Below are positions 43,711 to 45,906 of a stretch of DNA of 45,906 nucleotides, in pieces; position 1 is the stretch's first letter; each line of letters opens with the position of its first letter. A program made the translations under genes and the position numbers. This stretch comes from a virus (Duplodnaviria; Caudoviricetes), in IMG/VR virus record IMGVR_UViG_3300013767_000014, positions 1 through 45,906 of that record; one strand, 5' to 3'. The notes below the pieces were generated by a model. It had not been told where the DNA came from. It saw nothing but the letters and a program-made list of their open reading frames with translations, and did not search any database.

Positions 43711-44455
43711 AGGCCTCCAGCAAAGCTCTGCCGATTGCTTCAGGGATCTGTGGGACGACTGCGTTACCGCATTGCTTCAGCGTGTCCATCCCACGGGAAA
43801 ACCCATCGCCCACTCGTAGATACTCGGTATGGCATGGCCACGAAGGCCCGACTTGTACGCCAAGGTCGCCAAGCTGGGCGAGTGACGAGCGAGTTGTGAG
43901 CGGTATGGAACCCCTGTTGACGAGAGGTCTCTGTAGTCCCGAGCTGCGGGGGTAGGCAATGATCCAGACCCTGTCCCTCTGGTGAGGGGCGCCAACGGCT
44001 GCAGCGGGGATACAGTGCCATTCCGCGTCATACCCGATCTCATCAAGTGACCAGAGCACTTCGTCCAATCCTCTAGAGCGAAGGGCACTGACGTTTTCTG
44101 CGATGACGAACTGCGGCTGGAACTCTTTGATGATCCTGTGGAACTCCCACCAGAGACCACTTCGTGCCCCAGCAAGTCCAGCTCCTCGTCCTGCGAGTGA
44201 AATGTCTTGGCAAGGGAAGCCCCCACACACGACATTGATTCCTGTGATTCCATCAGACTCCAATTGTGTTTTTGTCACCAGTCGGACGTCCTCATAGATA
44301 GGAGTACTCGGCCAGTTCTTCTTCAAGACCGACCTAGCTTTCTCATCGATCTCTACGAACGCCGCTGTCTTCATTCCGGACCTCTCCAGCCCGAGGGAGA
44401 ACCCCCCGATTCCGCTGAAGAGATCCAGAACCTTCAGTTCATTAATGGCACTCAC
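43697..44455 (-). CDS. DNA cytosine-5 methyltransferase, large (alpha) polypeptide
   Basis: LDLFSGIGG (I), GGFPCQDIS (IV), ENV (VI), HQRDRVW (VIII) and GNAVVP (X); motif IX is absent in this frame. Start re-called at GTG 44455. Confidence 0.92.
   Translation of the reverse strand: MSAINELKVLDLFSGIGGFSLGLERSGMKTAAFVEIDEKARSVLKKNWPSTPIYEDVRLVTKTQLESDGITGINVVCGGFPCQDISLAGRGAGLAGARSGLWWEFHRIIKEFQPQFVIAENVSALRSRGLDEVLWSLDEIGYDAEWHCIPAAAVGAPHQRDRVWIIAYPRSSGLQRPLVNRGSIPLTTRSSLAQLGDLGVQVGPSWPCHTEYLRVGDGFSRGMDTLKQCGNAVVPQIPEAIGRALLEAYECH
43777..44253 (-). CDS. C5-methyltransferase small (beta) polypeptide, nested in an alternative frame
   Basis: LPTPAARDYRD (TRD-like) and EWAMGFPVGWT (motif IX), same strand and inside the alpha gene. 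Confidence 0.75.
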   Translation of the reverse strand: MESQESMSCVGASLAKTFHSQDEELDLLGHEVVSGGSSTGSSKSSSRSSSSQKTSVPFALEDWTKCSGHLMRSGMTRNGTVSPLQPLAPLTRGTGSGSLPTPAARDYRDLSSTGVPYRSQLARHSPSLATLAYKSGLRGHAIPSIYEWAMGFPVGWTR

Positions 44456-45906
44456 GCCAGTTGTCTCCAATCTTGAATTCAGCATCGATGGGGCATTTGA
44501 AATTGAAGAAAACACCGGCACGACCGGCACACTCGACCACCATCTTTCCGAACTCCTCCTCGAGGCCCTCACGGACACCCCACTGGAGCTCGTCATGGAT
44601 GTAGCCAAGCAGGACGAAGTCACCGTCCCAGCCATAACGGAGGCCGCGAAATTGGGCCTCACGGAAACATTCGATCATCCATTGCTTTGAGATGAGTGCG
44701 CCTGCACCCTGCAGGAGTAGATTGAGGGCACTGTGGGCACTACGTACGGACAGATAGCGACCATCCAGGCCGATGAGATGACCACGCTTGCACGAGTTCT
44801 CGACGGCTTTCTTTAGGTTCCCCAGGGCAGGCAACCCAGCGAAGAAACGTTGCTTCAGTTCCTTACCCAGGCGCCGCTTCTTGGCCTTGGATCCCTTGGG
44901 TGCGACGATGGATCCGATCTTCTCGTCTCCAGCTCCGTAGAGAAGGGCGTATATGAACGTCTTCGCGCTATCGCGAGTAGGTAGGCCTGCAGCCTTCTGG
45001 TTGACTGTGTGAATGTCACCATTCAGGACGATGTCTGCGTAGGCCCCTTTGTCCCATCTGGCCATAAAATGGGCGAGACAACGCAATTCGAGCCCGGATA
45101 GATCGGCACCGCATTGTCGGAAGCCATTGCGCACACCGAAAAGCCCTCGGCACTCAGGGCCCCACAGAGCTCGCACTGCAGGTACCTGGCCCAAGTTGGG
45201 TCTTGAATGCGAACAGCGACCGCTAACAGTTCCGCCGTTGTTCGTATGCCCGTGGATGTGCCCTTTTCGTGCATGCTTGAGCCACGCCTCATCTCCTTCT
45301 GCGAGCTGCCCAATTCGTTTCTCCAACAAGAAATACTGTGCGAGGATCTGCGCCTCTTCGTATGGGAGCTTGACCAGGATGTCTTCATCGACCTTGGCTT
45401 TGCCTTTCTCGGTGAACTCGGTCGGCTCCCAGCCGTACTTCATCTTCAGGCGCAGGGCGATCTGATCTCTCGAGCCAGGATTGAACTCGATGATCTTTGG
45501 CTTCAGTGGCTTGCCACGCTTACCCAGGCCTCTGTCGATCACCAGCGGTGGGAAGGTGTCCATCATCTTCTGACGGATTGCATCCCTCTCCACCGCAAGC
45601 TTCGCGTAGAGCTCCACAGCCTTTGCTTCATCGAAAGGCCAGCCTGACCATTCCATGAGGTTGCAGTAGTGCCGTACCTCGTGTTCCAGGTCGATGGCAC
45701 CCTGGGAGTACTCCAGACTGCTAAGGTGGTTCCACAGTGCCTCTGTAACGTCGACGTCCAGGTCACAGTAGTCACCCATCTCATCGGAGTACTCGAGCCA
45801 CTCAGTACCGTCGACCCATATGGCACCCTCGTTAGAGGCAATCCACTGGCCCTTGAACTGCTCGGCATAGTCACCCTTCTGCAGACGCCGGCGGTATCCC
45901 CAGGCC
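44442..45906 (-). CDS. DNA polymerase family A, polymerase part (5' end runs off the window)
   Basis: AWGYR, FNPGSRDQI, SGRCSHSRPNLGQVP, DLSGLELR, AKTFIYALLYGAG, ALNLLLQGAGA and HDE motifs. Confidence 0.97.
   Translation of the reverse strand, partial: AWGYRRRLQKGDYAEQFKGQWIASNEGAIWVDGTEWLEYSDEMGDYCDLDVDVTEALWNHLSSLEYSQGAIDLEHEVRHYCNLMEWSGWPFDEAKAVELYAKLAVERDAIRQKMMDTFPPLVIDRGLGKRGKPLKPKIIEFNPGSRDQIALRLKMKYGWEPTEFTEKGKAKVDEDILVKLPYEEAQILAQYFLLEKRIGQLAEGDEAWLKHARKGHIHGHTNNGGTVSGRCSHSRPNLGQVPAVRALWGPECRGLFGVRNGFRQCGADLSGLELRCLAHFMARWDKGAYADIVLNGDIHTVNQKAAGLPTRDSAKTFIYALLYGAGDEKIGSIVAPKGSKAKKRRLGKELKQRFFAGLPALGNLKKAVENSCKRGHLIGLDGRYLSVRSAHSALNLLLQGAGALISKQWMIECFREAQFRGLRYGWDGDFVLLGYIHDELQWGVREGLEEEFGKMVVECAGRAGVFFNFKCPIDAEFKIGDNWRECH

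Larger units (their letters stand above)
1..45906. mobile_element. Near-complete podovirus-type phage genome (T7-like RNAP/replication genes, SU10/P22-like virion genes, plasmid replicon)
   Basis: Terminase, portal, capsid, tail, lysis, RNAP and DNA polymerase genes are all present and no host housekeeping genes are seen. The DNA polymerase gene wraps across the window ends. Confidence 0.95.

Noticed and set aside
1-45906. tRNA genes, introns or inteins
   Set aside because: No cloverleaf with T-loop and CCA was recognised by eye, and the RNAP, polymerase, RNR and terminase genes are of normal length and uninterrupted. A tRNAscan run would be needed to exclude tRNAs fully.

Overview
The window looks like a near-complete, circularly permuted ~46 kb tailed podophage genome. 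Its family-A DNA polymerase is split across the two window ends. Four modules are visible. (1) A T7-like transcription and replication module on the minus strand: single-subunit RNAP, SSB, endonuclease I, ThyX, primase-helicase, DNA polymerase, gp5.7-like protein, exonuclease and a C5-methyltransferase, plus a divergent class II ribonucleotide reductase. (2) A non-T7 podovirus virion module on the plus strand, resembling Kuravirus/SU10 or P22. (3) A small early region with sigma70 promoters. (4) Most notably, a complete plasmid-maintenance module: tyrosine recombinase, ParA, a ParG-like ribbon-helix-helix protein, an HTH initiator, and an adjacent origin with three 21-bp iterons and four 11-bp-phased DnaA-box-like repeats. 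Non-coding DNA adds a 21-bp putative phage-RNAP promoter (3 copies), a 13-bp palindromic operator over three host promoters, dispersed GTTGT/ACAAC repeats, and an 11-6-11 inverted-repeat site next to an IHF consensus. Together these suggest a temperate phage-plasmid that uses a T7-type RNAP. Protein calls come from motif recognition by eye, with no database searches.
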